From Eledone cirrhosa (Eukaryota): DNA of 64,000 nucleotides. Shown piece by piece: positions 1 through 13,465 of this stretch. Under the pieces are notes generated by a model that was not told the origin of the DNA, did not search any database, and saw only the letters and a program-made list of their open reading frames with translations. Each line of letters begins with the position of its first letter. Positions within the stretch are counted from its first letter, which is position 1. Position numbers and translations under genes: made by a program. Where the stretch lies: contig OZ024756.1 of assembly GCA_964016885.1 (NCBI GenBank), positions 37,076,001-37,140,000 of the forward strand, given 5' to 3'.

Positions 1-15
1 ATATATATATATATA

Positions 16-63
<48 letters not shown>

Positions 64-100
64 CATATATATGTATATCTATATATACAAAATTAATATT

Positions 101-156
<56 letters not shown>

Positions 157-198
157 CATAGAAAGACAGCCGCAAAAATATATATACGTATATTGAAG

Positions 199-273
<75 letters not shown>

Positions 274-482
274 TCAAGTAAGCAGAATATACGTTATATA
301 GTCCCTTCATATATGTAGAGTTCCGGCTTCCTTCCACCAAAATTACCAGCATGTGTCTTCAATGAATTTCCAACCACTCGTTCGTCTGCTCCAGTTGCAC
401 TTACCACAACATATATACGTATATATATACATACACATACACATATATATATATATATATATATATACGTGCATATATACAT

Positions 483-544
<62 letters not shown>

Positions 545-607
545 GTATATATATACATACACATACACATATATATATATACATACACACACATATATAT
601 ATACGTG

Positions 608-678
<71 letters not shown>

Positions 679-734
679 GTGCATATATACATACACATAC
701 ACACACATATATATATATACGTGCATATATAGAT

Positions 735-789
<55 letters not shown>

Positions 790-932
790 TGAGTACTTAT
801 ATACCTATGCATGTATGTATTTATAAATATATATATATATATTTATTTATATATATATATATATACATAAAGAATATATATATATATTTATACATATATT
901 TATTTATATATATATATATATATTTATATACA

Positions 933-1000
<68 letters not shown>
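1..1000. repeat. Compound (AT)n/(CA)n microsatellite field with a short unique insert at ~272-410
   Basis: Direct reading; the YIYI/HTHT ORFs are artefacts. Confidence 0.95.
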
Positions 1001-1001
<1 letters not shown>

Positions 1002-1190
1002 TAGATGAGATTCTACAGGACTAGAACTGTTTCATTCATTAGAAATCATCAGGAATCTGATTCCTGATGATTTCTAATGAATGAAACAGTTCTAGTCCTG
1101 TAGAATCTCATCTATATTAAAACTTTTATACTCTGCTATGTATTGAGTACCTTACTTACTGTGGTTACCTCCGATTCAACCCGGAATAAC

Positions 1191-1191
<1 letters not shown>
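1001..1191 (+). mobile_element. HHR-bearing short element, family A (Penelope-like/retrozyme-like), fold-back copy in (AT)n
   Basis: Perfect 57-bp inverted arms 1001-1057/1059-1115, then a ~75-nt tail. Near-identical reverse copy at 9889-10073 and a diverged copy at 39571-39748. Confidence 0.8.
1059..1107 (+). ncRNA. Type I hammerhead ribozyme motif (mirror copy on the minus strand at 1009-1057)
   Basis: GATTC-CTGATGA-tTTC(taat)GAAt-GAAA-CAG(ttctagtc)CTG-TA-GAATC: stem I 5 bp, GUA site, weak stem II. Confidence 0.7.
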
Positions 1192-1286
<95 letters not shown>

Positions 1287-1579
1287 GTATATAACATATA
1301 TAGATATATATACATTCGATGTGTGTATATATGTATATATCCCTTCGTGTATATACTGAGTCAATGACGAGATTGTGGAACAGAACATTAGATGGGAGTT
1401 TCTTTGCAATATGGAAATTATAAGGGCTGGGGCGGGGGGTGGGGGGTGAAGTTGATTGGGTTTACTGCTTCACTTGTTCCAACCGAAGACAAGATGTATG
1501 CACTTACACACACACACACACTTACACACACACACACACACACTTATACGCACACACACGTACACATATATGCACCTAC

Positions 1580-1628
<49 letters not shown>

Positions 1629-1671
1629 CACATCTATAAATATAGATATTCTTATATATATATATATATTT

Positions 1672-1732
<61 letters not shown>

Positions 1733-1824
1733 CAGACACATCTATAAATATAGATATTCTTATATATATATATATAGAGAGAGAGAGAGAAAGAGAGAGA
1801 GAGATATGTATAAATATGTATATT

Positions 1825-1959
<135 letters not shown>

Positions 1960-1969
1960 ATGTGTGTGT

Positions 1970-2022
<53 letters not shown>

Positions 2023-2133
2023 GACACGCGTATGTACGTGTTTCTCTCGTCGCCTGTGTGTTTTGTACACGTTAATGTATGTCCGTAGATAAACTTATAC
2101 ACAGCAGTTGAATAGGACCTAATGGGCAACAAC

Positions 2134-2189
<56 letters not shown>

Positions 2190-2210
2190 GTAATAATAAT
2201 AATATTAATA
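2134..2210. repeat. (TAA)n microsatellite
   Basis: Direct reading. Confidence 0.95.
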
Positions 2211-2557
2211 AGGGAAGAGAGACAGGAAAACGTTCTTCTTGAACAGACCGGAAATAGATATTAACCGGAAGAACGCATCAGAAATACAGGAAATTAATGA
2301 AAAAAAAAAATGGATTATAGGGAAAAGCGCCTATTATTACTATTATTATTATTGTTATTATTTTTATTATTATTGTTATTGTTATTATTATAAGCAGACA
2401 AAGCATATTTCCTATTGCTAAACTAAGATTGATCTTACGGACACAAAACACATCCTTATCATTATTCCAGTTCACAGGAGCCATTATCCAATGTTTACGT
2501 TTTTTTCCGATATACATCCCACTACATACATACATATTTACATATGAACGAAACGCA

Positions 2558-2687
<130 letters not shown>

Positions 2688-3149
2688 GAATTTCTCACGT
2701 TTGAGACAAAATCCTCGTTTGAGAGAGAAATGTTTTTCTTCTTCCTAAGTCTGTGCAAATTTGTACATAAGTGGAAAAGGAGAGGAAATAGCCAGGCATT
2801 AATTGCTTTGGATACATGTGGATAAGTCTATCAACAAGCTGTTTACCAAAGTCACAGAGAATAACAAAATGTCTTCACATTTATTTCCGTTTTCAAAGCG
2901 AGTCATATTAGCTGTAGTTATTTCTAGTAAGATATTGATTGAGCAACAGTTGGGGGATCAGAGAATACAGTTGCGTATTTTATAAAATTTTAGCTAGATT
3001 TGACAAAGGTGTATTTTTATGGATCTGTAACTCCTGATGGAGTCGTCGAGGTACCGCAGTTATATATAGCGTATCTTGGGTGTTTTAAACCTAGCAGAGC
3101 TCATCCCTTCTCTAGGTCAGAACATAGCTGAATTCTTTCAGAGGAGGGT

Positions 3150-3305
3150 AGAAAGCCTGGTACTTTTTTGTGGACCTCAAAAGCATGAAAAGGAATGTGA
3201 ACCTCGGCGGGATCTGAATTAACTCAGAATGTAGAGGGCCAGGACAGGACGAATGTCGCAAAGCCCTCTATCCGACATTCTAACGACTCTGCCAATTCGG
3301 AGCCT
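3150..3305 (-). mobile_element. Diverged tRNA-derived SINE copy
   Basis: aacctcggcggga..gaa..ctcagaatg..tccgacattctaacgactctgccaat resembles the other minus-strand copies. Confidence 0.65.
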
Positions 3306-3694
3306 TGGCAAGGGAGGACTGAGTGGTATGTATTTTCATTAACAAGACTATACGGGATCGAATCCTCACCAAGCCCTTGCTCTTATGTCTTTTATGCTCC
3401 TACTCGGCTCAAAATATACAAATACATTCAATTTCTTAAAATTGACGCATTCTTTATTTCTTTATTTCTTTACTTATTTATCTTTCTTTCTTTTTTTATT
3501 TTGTTTGTTTCTTTCTTTCATTCTTTATTTTTTTCTTAACATTTTTGCTTTTTTAATTTCTTTTTTGTTTGCTTGTTTCTCTCATTATTCGTTTTGGTTA
3601 CTTTCTTTCTTTCTTCTTCATCTTTATGTTCTTCAACTCCATTTTTCTCCACTCGTTTATCACATTTCGTTCAACATACGCTCACTTTCAACTT

Positions 3695-3960
3695 AACCAC
3701 CACCACCTCCAGCCCCACAAATCTCACCAACACCACCACCATCAATACCAACACCATCAACTTCAACACCACCACCACCACCACCACCACCACGCCGCTA
3801 CCACTCATCTCCACCAACATCACCACCACCACCACCACCACCACGCCGCTACCACTCATCTCCACCAACATCACCACCACCACCACCACCGACGCCGCTA
3901 CCACTCATCTCCACCAACATCACCACCACCACCACCACCACCACCACCACCATCATCATC
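3695..3960. repeat. (ACC)n-derived compound repeat
   Basis: Three copies of acgccgctaccactcatctccaccaacat within (ACC)n. Confidence 0.9.
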
Positions 3961-4317
3961 CAGTGAGGGAAGGAGGACAGGCAGGCAGGCAGTCAGTCAG
4001 ACTGTTTGTGGTGACATGTGATATAAGCGAACCGACGTGTCGTCTGCTTCAATCAGTTCTGCTAGAGTGGCCATTGATAGGAGATAGCTTGTTATATGTC
4101 ATGACTGTTCACGTCATTGGAGCAACTGGACTGTATAAAGCGGAGACGGACGACAACAGGACAACATTATACATAAATATACGTATATACATACATACAT
4201 ACATATATACATGCATACATATATATACGTACATATATACATACATATATACATACAAAGATAGGTACGTATACACGTACTTACATATACACATCTATTT
4301 TGTCAAACACATAGACA

Positions 4318-4387
<70 letters not shown>

Positions 4388-4688
4388 GGTAAATGTATGT
4401 ATATATATATAGATATATGTATATATATATATATAGGTATATTTATATATATATATGTATATATATATATAGGTATATGTATGTATGTATGTGTGTATAT
4501 ATATAAATAAATACATATATATGTAGTGAGAGGGGGGGGGGGAAGAGAGAGAGAGAGAGAGAGAGAGACTACAGACTACAGACTACAGACCTGTGTCTGA
4601 AGAAAGGGGTTTGACACTGAAAGCAGAACTGCCTGAATAATGTTATGTAACAGTCGTGCTATCCTACCAGTTGATTATATCACACACA

Positions 4689-4751
<63 letters not shown>

Positions 4752-5125
4752 AGAATATGGTGGCTGTGTAGTTGCTAGTTAAGTTAGGCTTTAAAATGAA
4801 ATGAGAGTAAGAAGAACGCAAGAACGGGGGTGGCGGCTCGTTTTCCTCGTCAGTTGTCTCCTGGAGGTCTCGGATATTTCAACGCTTTAAAGGTAAAGAC
4901 AATATATCTACCCCCAGGGCGTTCAATAACCGGGTAAGTTATTGGGAAAACGGAGGGAGGGAAAGAAGGAAAATAGAAGGGAAAAGGGGAGAAGAGAAAA
5001 CAGCGAAAAAAACAACAAACCGAACAATGTGCAGCAACTGGAAAGAGAATACAAGACCACGGCGGTAACAGAACATAAGTTCGAGAGCGTGTGATCGAAC
5101 GAAATATATATATATATATATATAT

Positions 5126-5263
5126 CGGATCTGGCTGTCAAAACGGCCGGAGCTCAGCCGTCGGGGTCCTGGCACTTTTCCTATTACCCACTCTACTACC
5201 TTAAGTATCGAGTACTCTGGTGAGTTGTGGTCCACCTGGTAGCTTACCACACTTTCTTGGTTA
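5126..5263 (+). mobile_element. Family B short element (3' half of an HHR plus tail) in (AT)n
   Basis: aaacggc-cggagctca-gccgtc-ggggtc followed by a tail that is reverse-complementary to 10133-10215. Confidence 0.75.
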
Positions 5264-5270
5264 TATATAT

Positions 5271-5441
5271 ATAGTAATAATAATAAATGTGGAGACTAAA
5301 ATCCAAAGAGGGTTCGATAAGGACAAACATATATCAAATATATAAGAACCCCAGGGCAAATATTTATTAAAATAACAGATTAAAGTTTAAGCAAAGAATC
5401 TCTGCTTTCACTCGATTCTTTGCTTAAACTTTAATCTGTTA

Positions 5442-5449
<8 letters not shown>
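5271..5449 (-). mobile_element. Family C short element with 36-bp fold-back
   Basis: Arms 5365-5400/5414-5449. Other copies at 25993-26063, 28701-28770 and 36451-36545. Confidence 0.75.
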
Positions 5450-5520
<71 letters not shown>

Positions 5521-5879
5521 ATATATGTATATAAAATTATAAGAAACGAAGTGAGCTGTGTAGTTACTGTAAACAAAGTTTAAGATGGTAATATGGACGA
5601 AACACGAGAATAATCCCTTCGTCAGCTGTTAACTGCAGATCATAGATGTTTCGGCGCTTATATATATAAATATATATATCTGTATTCCAGACTTGGGCCA
5701 GATCGATACAGATTGATCAATAGCGAAATTCGCTCACTACACAATAAACGCAATGAAAACATAACAAATCGTCCTTTTTATTATTAGTGTCAACATGAAT
5801 GGACTTGTTATTTTTATCTAAAGACATTTTTTCCAATTCCAACCAGCCCGTCCCCTCAATCTACCTTATTTTCATTCTT

Positions 5880-5915
5880 TCTTCTGATGAAGGACTAGCG
5901 TCCTAAACGTTAAGA
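5880..5915 (+). ncRNA. Degenerate minimal hammerhead (Penelope-type)
   Basis: TCTT-CTGATGA-AGGAC(tagc)GTCCT-AAACGTT-AAGA. The G of GAAA is lost, so probably inactive. Confidence 0.55.
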
Positions 5916-6229
5916 CCCTCATCCTGCTATTTCAAGCGTTAACCTAATATATTTCTTCCATATACTGTACCGGTTGTGTTGTTATTTCTGTTTACCTTTT
6001 ATATATATATATGGGTGGGATGTATGTATAAAAGACCTTTTCATATAAATTGCTGGCCATCTCGGCTAGGAAATCTGTTCATTAGTTCTCTGAAACACGT
6101 GACATCTGTAAAAAATAAAATTAAAATATGGCATAAATCTTATATACACTGTACTTAGTTTCGAGTTAGAATTGGAAGTTAAAAGTTCTCTAAAGTGTCT
6201 AAAATACAAAGAAACTTAATAAAACAAAT

Positions 6230-6421
6230 AATTGTTTCTACTTTTGTCACAAGGCCAGCAATTACATCAGTGTATTACTGGTACTTTATTTTATCGACCC
6301 TGTAAGGATGAAAGGCAAAGGTAACCTCGACGGGATTTGAACTCAGACCATAAAGGGTCGTAACTCTTTGCTGCAAAGCATGGCGTCCGACCCTCTACCG
6401 ATACTGCCAATCCACCGCCCT
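6230..6421 (-). mobile_element. tRNA-derived SINE, full length
   Basis: Reverse complement of the 15848-16030 type; flanked by aaacaaataat on both sides (possible TSD). Confidence 0.9.
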
Positions 6422-6764
6422 GATGAAACAAATAATATCAGTTAATACAAATGTTTGAAGAAATAACTTCGAAATCTGTTCGTAGTTTTCTCCAGCTGAT
6501 ATTAAAGACAACATTTACATTTAACTATATTGATTTTAATTCTGCAAAAATGGGTTTAGTTTATATACGAGACATTAAATATCTTGTGAGATATTTAAAT
6601 CAACTAAGCTAGAAGGAGTTTCTGATTTCTAATTGCAAGGATAATTTTAGTTAATCGAAGTATTTCAACTCACCTTATTACTCTGTGAGATTCTAGATTC
6701 TACTCTGTATTTAGTATGGAAACGCCTCCACCCTACCTGCATTTGTTTTACTTAGATTCATTGT

Positions 6765-6818
<54 letters not shown>

Positions 6819-6954
6819 TTTTGGGGACAGCGTGTATTTTATCTTTGGGAGGACTACTGGATTTTCTAATCTACCAGTCTCTTCTTAGCGCAGAAGGAGA
6901 CCATCACCATTCTATTAATGTCGATATAATTCTTATATCGATATTATTTGGGCA

Positions 6955-7070
6955 TCCACTGATGAGTTTATAAGAGCCCATAAAACTACGGATTATATAC
7001 AAGTTTCTACATAACCTAGAAATTATTTATCCCAAATTGTAGAAATCTTATAACGAAACGGCCGTCTGGA
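6955..7070 (+). ncRNA. Type I hammerhead with intact core and a long stem II insert
   Basis: TCCA-CTGATGA-GTTTATAAGA..70 nt..TCTTATAAC-GAAA-CGGCCG-TC-TGGA; GUC site, palindromic stem III. Confidence 0.8.
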
Positions 7071-7253
7071 AGGAAAGAGATATTTATTTAATAATGTCTC
7101 ATAAAATAATACAACCAGCTATCCACGAAATACTGATTAGTTAGCACCACAAACACTAAATTGGGAAAATACTTAGGTATATCCTAATGTTTGTTGAGTG
7201 AGATGGAGTTGGTCGGAGTATCGCTTAAGGCTTTCTCTGTTTATGTATTGAAT

Positions 7254-7303
<50 letters not shown>

Positions 7304-7395
7304 TTAGAAACACACAGATACATGCGGACACACACATATACATGAATGCATCCGCACCCAACCGTGAGTTAAGGGTGCCAACTTCACCGATGTTG

Positions 7396-7435
<40 letters not shown>

Positions 7436-7452
7436 GTATATATATATATATA

Positions 7453-7593
<141 letters not shown>

Positions 7594-7673
7594 CATATAT
7601 AATGTCATATGCACCTATACATCATCGGTGCATATGACATAAGTTCTTGTATATATATATATATATATGTATA

Positions 7674-7705
<32 letters not shown>

Positions 7706-7819
7706 ATGTGTATGTGTATGTGTATGTGCATATATGCACAGTGCGGATACCCGTATACAAAAGGTATGTTGTCGCCAGTATGTCTAGCAACACCATACCA
7801 TACTTCCGGTACAGTAAAG

Positions 7820-8555
7820 GGTGGTGGTGGTGGTGGTGATGGTGGTGGTGGTGGTTGTAGTGTGGTGATGGTGATAGAGATGGTGGTGGTGGTGGTGGTG
7901 GTGGTGGTGGTTGCGTAGTGGTTGCATTGGTGCTGATGGTGATGGAGATGGTTGTGGTAGTGGTGGTGGTGGTGGTGGTTGTAGTAGCAGTGGTGGTGGT
8001 GGTGGTGGTGGTGATACAAGTTGTTGTTAGTGTTGGCGGAGTTGATGTCGATGGTGTTGGTGGTTTGGTGTTAGTGATGTTGGTGGTGGCACTGTTGGTG
8101 GTGATGGTGGTGTTGTAGTGGTTGTGGTGGTGGTACTGTTGGTGGTGATGGTGGTGTTGGTGGTGGTTGTGTTGGTGTTGGTGGTGGTGGTGGTACTGTT
8201 GGTGGTGATGGTGGTGTTGGTGGTGGTTGTGGTGGTGTTGGTGGTCTCAGCGATGCTGTTGTTGATGTTAAGTGAAGGTGGAGAATGTGATTATGCTGTT
8301 GGTGAGATTAGTGATGGTGATGGTGATGGTGATGGTGGTTGTGGTGATGGTGGTGGTGCTGGTTGTTGTTGTTGTGGTGGTGGTGGTGGTGGTGGTGGTG
8401 GTTGTGGTGGTGGTGGTTGTTGTGGTGGTGGTTGTTGTGGTGGTGAAAGTAGTGATAAAAAAGGTTGTTGGTGGTCTCAGTGATGATGTTGTTGATGCTA
8501 GTGATGGTGGAGAACGTGATGATGGTGTTGTTGTTGTTGTTGTTGTTGTTGTTTT
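7820..8555. repeat. Degenerate (GGT/GTT/GAT)n triplet array
   Basis: Direct reading. Confidence 0.95.
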
Positions 8556-8736
8556 TCGTTGAATACGAAACATGAAAAGTTTCAAATCTTCTGATCTTCA
8601 TCCTCCTCTCATTTACACATTTCCATCATATACCCAACCCATCACGTTGGTACGTATACAGTATATATACACCCACTGATATATTTCAGTAATTCTCGAA
8701 TTATATAGTGTCATTATATACTAGATACTGTCTGTT

Positions 8737-8956
<220 letters not shown>

Positions 8957-8979
8957 TTATTTATATATATATATATACA

Positions 8980-9055
<76 letters not shown>

Positions 9056-9067
9056 AACATCTATAAG

Positions 9068-9342
9068 TGAATATAAAAGAGAGAGATAAACACTGATGAG
9101 CAAAAGAATTGGTGATTCCTCTTCACTTAAATTGCGAAACAGTTTCACCAAAAGCTGTCTGGGTGTTTGGTAGTTACCCCAATATTGGTTTGTATTTATT
9201 TTCTTGATTTATTCATTTAAATTGACTCTGGCAAGCCCTATTCATCATAGTTAGAATTTTTTTCATCCTAGCGAATCTGGTCCCTTACGATTTGAACACA
9301 TATATGTATATATCTGTGTTTATCTCCCCTCTTTTATATTCA
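9068..9342 (+). mobile_element. HHR-bearing element with terminal inversion
   Basis: tgaatataaaagagagagataaacac (9068-9093) is inverted relative to gtgtttatctcccctcttttatattca (~9316-9342); the HHR begins at the inversion junction. Confidence 0.7.
9088..9168 (+). ncRNA. Type I hammerhead, intact core
   Basis: CTGATGA 9093-9099; stem II GCAA..TTGC with inner GTGA/TCAC; GAAA 9136-9139; stem III ACAGTTT/AAAGCTGT; GUC 9157-9159; stem I shortened or bulged. Confidence 0.75.
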
Positions 9343-9888
9343 ATTATATTATACGGCTCGGAAAAAACTCTTTCCTTGAGCTATTTAATTGTAAGAGACT
9401 ATTTTGAGTTTCTAACTCAATATATACCTTTGATATATAATAACATCTTAATGTTATTATACTGAATCTCCATTGTAACTACAAACTACGGATATTGAGA
9501 GCTTTCCCCTGCTTGCTCCTCTTTTAACCAAAACAATCTCCTCGGAACACGCGCACCTATTGGAAATCGGAATCATGTGACCTTCTGATGAAGAACCAAA
9601 TAGATCCAAAAATCAAGGGAAGTGTCTGTGTTTGGAATGTGTATATGTCTATATATACGAAGAATGTGTAAACTTATATAAACATATACGCATTCAGGGT
9701 TACCATTGTATATATACATACATATAGAACTTTATCACATATATATTCGTGTGTGTATGTATGTATATATATGTATATATAATATATATATATATTCACA
9801 CATTCACACTTACACACACTCACACCCATATATATATATATATATATATAAATGTGCGTGTGTGTGTCTATATATATATATATATATA

Positions 9889-10073
9889 CGTTATTCCGGG
9901 TTGAATCGGAGGTAACCACAGTAAGTAAGGTACTCAATACATAGCAGAGTATAACAGTTTTAATATAGATGAGATTCTACAGGACTAGAACTGTTTCATT
10001 CATTAGAAATTCCTGATGATTTCTAATGAATGAAACAGTTCTAGTCCTGTAGAATCTCATCTATATTAAAACT
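9889..10073 (-). mobile_element. Family A copy, fold-back
   Basis: Tail is the reverse complement of 1116-1191; 55-bp arms 9956-10010/10019-10073; HHR core on + at ~10010-10056. Confidence 0.8.
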
Positions 10074-10100
10074 ATATATATATATATGTGCGTGTGTGTG

Positions 10101-10132
<32 letters not shown>

Positions 10133-10134
<2 letters not shown>

Positions 10135-10325
10135 ACGAAGGAAATGTGGTAAGGAACCAGGTGGACCATAACGCACCAAAGTACTCAATACTTGAGGTAG
10201 TAGAGTGGGTAATAGGAACCAGTAAGACCCCGACAGCTGAGCTCAAGCCGTTTCGACGGCTAATTCTGGTCCAGAATTAGCCGTCGAAACGGCTTGAGCT
10301 CAGCTTTCGGGGTCTTACTGGTTCC

Positions 10326-10328
<3 letters not shown>
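10133..10328 (-). mobile_element. Family B copy, fold-back
   Basis: 58-bp arms 10212-10269/10271-10328 with one mismatch. Confidence 0.8.
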
Positions 10329-10394
<66 letters not shown>

Positions 10395-10689
10395 TTTAAA
10401 GCAGGAACAAACAGTGTATTATAACAGAGGAGTGCGAACTAAAAGGATTAAACGGTTGGTTTGATTTTCAGAAAAACTAATTTACAAATCAAAGAGTCAT
10501 TGTAGTGATTATGTTGTCTAGAGTTACTCAGGGAACTTAGTTGGCTAGCGTTGTGTTGTAACGGAACCTAGTGTACTTCGTTCGTCTTAATTAGTAAGCT
10601 AATTAGATTCTAATTTGAATTGTATTAGAGGGTGGGGCACACATATATGTAAATTAATACAGACATACATATACATCAATAAATTCATA

Positions 10690-10972
10690 TGTATATATAT
10701 ATATATGCCTGTATATATATGCCTGTATATATATATATATATATGCCTGTATATATATATATATATGCCTGTATATATATATATATATGCCTGTATATAT
10801 ATATATATGCCTGTATATATATATATATGCCTGTATATATATATATATGCCTGTATATATATATATATGCCTGTATATATATATATATGCCTGTATATAT
10901 ATATGCCTGTATATATATATATATGCCTGTATATATATATATATATATATGCCTGTATATATATATATATGC

Positions 10973-11055
<83 letters not shown>

Positions 11056-11179
11056 TGTATATATATATATATATATGCCTGTATATATATATATATGCCT
11101 GTATATATATATATATGCCTGTATATATATATATATGCCTGTATATATATATATATGCCTGTATATATATATATGCGTG

Positions 11180-11180
<1 letters not shown>
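10690..11180. repeat. GCCTGT(AT)n variable-unit minisatellite
   Basis: About 20 GCCTGT motifs spaced by (AT)n. Confidence 0.95.
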
Positions 11181-11214
<34 letters not shown>

Positions 11215-11308
11215 TTGTTTGGTTGAGGGAAATTGCTACGGCATTACGTTCGAAATCATTAAAATATTTACACACATTTACAGGAAACTACATATAATTG
11301 ACCTTAAG

Positions 11309-11353
<45 letters not shown>

Positions 11354-11476
11354 AATATATAAGTAGTAACACAACAGTTAGTTCATGGTGAACTAACTGT
11401 TATGTCACAACTTCTACCAAACTCGTCCCATGGACTGAGTGCTCTACCACTACGGATATTACCTTCCAGTGTTCTA

Positions 11477-11559
<83 letters not shown>

Positions 11560-11637
11560 TATAGAAATATTCATTTTATCAAAGAAATGACCTCTAAATC
11601 TGTAACTGAAAATGGTAACGGTGGTCACCTTTCGATC

Positions 11638-11822
11638 TACATCCTGTGGGAGCTCCTGCATGGACACACTGGAAGAGGGAGACCGAGGTTAACATATGTT
11701 GATGCCCTAAGGCCACACCCAGGTCTCTTGGAGACGCACGACATGGCAGCGATAATGAGGGACAGAGACTGCTGGAGAGAACACGTCCATGGATCTCGGG
11801 AATTTTACCCGCCCTATATAGG

Positions 11823-11890
<68 letters not shown>
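11638..11890 (+). mobile_element. RTE-like LINE 3' fragment followed by (TAGA)n
   Basis: ILWELLHGHTGRGRPRLTYVDAL...MRDRDCWR resembles the C-terminus of RTE-clade ORFs. Confidence 0.75.
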
Positions 11891-11892
<2 letters not shown>

Positions 11893-11894
11893 TA

Positions 11895-11937
11895 TTTCTT
11901 TATTAGCCACAGGGGCACAAAAGAAGGGGACAAATAC

Positions 11938-11976
<39 letters not shown>

Positions 11977-12030
11977 TAATAAACTTAGGGAAATCAACAA
12001 AGACAAAACAACGAACGGAAACAAGGCAAA
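11895..12030 (-). mobile_element. Probable LINE 3' UTR end
   Basis: Minus strand reads ..cctgtggctAATAAA then (TCTA)n; related end at 45905-45960. Confidence 0.45.
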
Positions 12031-12362
12031 ACGAAAAAAAAAATGTTGATGGTGAAACGATAAACATTTTTTTTCGGGAATATGACAAACGGAAGACACA
12101 GAACTCCATGGTCTTCAGTCGTCGAGTTGTACTTCTGGCAGTTTCGAACACATATATATATGTCAGCTGACAACCTCGCTTTATTCGCTTACTACTAAAC
12201 CCTGCTGAGTTTTGAAATCTTTTTAATGTTTTTTTTTTTTACAATGCACTCGAAAAAAAATTTTTTATTTTTTTTCTGAAACATTTTCTGAAAGTTTAAA
12301 TTCTTTTAGAAAAATTTAAAGCATTGGAAATGATTATGTATGTATGTATGTATGTATGTATG

Positions 12363-12522
12363 TATGTTTTCTCTTTCTCTTAATTTCGAGTATATTTTTT
12401 TGACCGGCCACCTTCCTGGTGGCAAGGTTGTAAAAGAAAAGAAATTGTCATCCCTTGAATCGCAAGAATGTTTTGCATATTTTGAAGGTGCCAGCTATCG
12501 CAGCCATTTGTAGACTATGAAT
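12363..12522 (-). mobile_element. RLE non-LTR (R4/Dong-like) 3' end in (TATG)n
   Basis: Minus strand IHSLQMAAIAGTFKICKTFLRFKG*, then a short UTR and (CATA)n. Confidence 0.6.
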
Positions 12523-12761
12523 GTATGTATGTATTTATGTATGTATGTATTTATGTATGTATGTATGTATGTATGTATGTATGTATGTATGTATGTATGT
12601 ATGTATGTATGTATGTGTGTATGTATGTGTGTATGTATGTATATATGCATGTATGTATGTATGTTCTTCTGGTTTTATAATTTCACCAAGTTTTACCAAT
12701 AGAGAGAGAGAGTCGGTTTCTAATATAGACACAAGACTATGCATGTATGTATGTATGTATG

Positions 12762-12980
12762 TATGTTTTCTCTTTCTCTTAATTTCGAGTATATTTTTTT
12801 GACCGGCCACCTTCCTGGTGGCAAGGTTGTAAAAGAAAAGAAATTGTCATCCCTTGAATGGCAAGAATGTTTTGCAAATTTTGAAGGTGCCAGCTATCGC
12901 AGCCATTTGTAGACTATGAATTAGGGAGCCATTTGTAGACTATGAATTAGGGAGCTGCGCTTTTTGTCCGCAAATCCAAT
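12762..12980 (-). mobile_element. Duplicate RLE non-LTR 3' end
   Basis: Near-identical to 12363-12522, extended by IGFADKKRSSL. Confidence 0.6.
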
Positions 12981-13080
12981 GTATGTATGTATGTATGTAT
13001 GTATGTATGTATGTATGTATGTATGTATGTATGTATGTATGTATGTATATATGCATGTATGTATGCATGTATGTATGTAA

Positions 13081-13111
<31 letters not shown>

Positions 13112-13354
13112 CATGTATGTATGTATGTTCTTCTGGTTTTATAATTTCACAAAGTTTTACCAATAGAGAGAGAGTCGGTTTCTAACATAGACACGAGACT
13201 CTCTCATTGGAATTTACACAACATCAACTAGGTAGATATGTATGTATGTCTGCATGTGTAGATATGGATGTTATTGTATGTGTGGATGTGTATGTTTTGA
13301 GTTGTATGTGTGCATGTATATATGCTTTGCATCTGTAAATGTGTATATGCAGTT

Positions 13355-13465
13355 ATTAGATGCAACATTTTTGGAATGACTTACATATTTTTACTGTTCC
13401 ATTAATGGATTATACTTGTAATTTCCTAACTAGTTGTGTTCTTTCTGTTCCTGTGAAGCCTAGCT
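13355..13465 (-). mobile_element. Diverged RLE non-LTR 3' end
   Basis: GFTGTERTQLVRKLQV*SINGTVKICKSF. Confidence 0.55.

Noticed and set aside
4595-4635. CTGAAGA..GAAAGCAG..CTGC hammerhead-like motif
   Set aside because: No NUH site and no stem I
9581-9618. CCTT-CTGATGA..AAGG
   Set aside because: GAAA and stem III missing; at most a decayed relic
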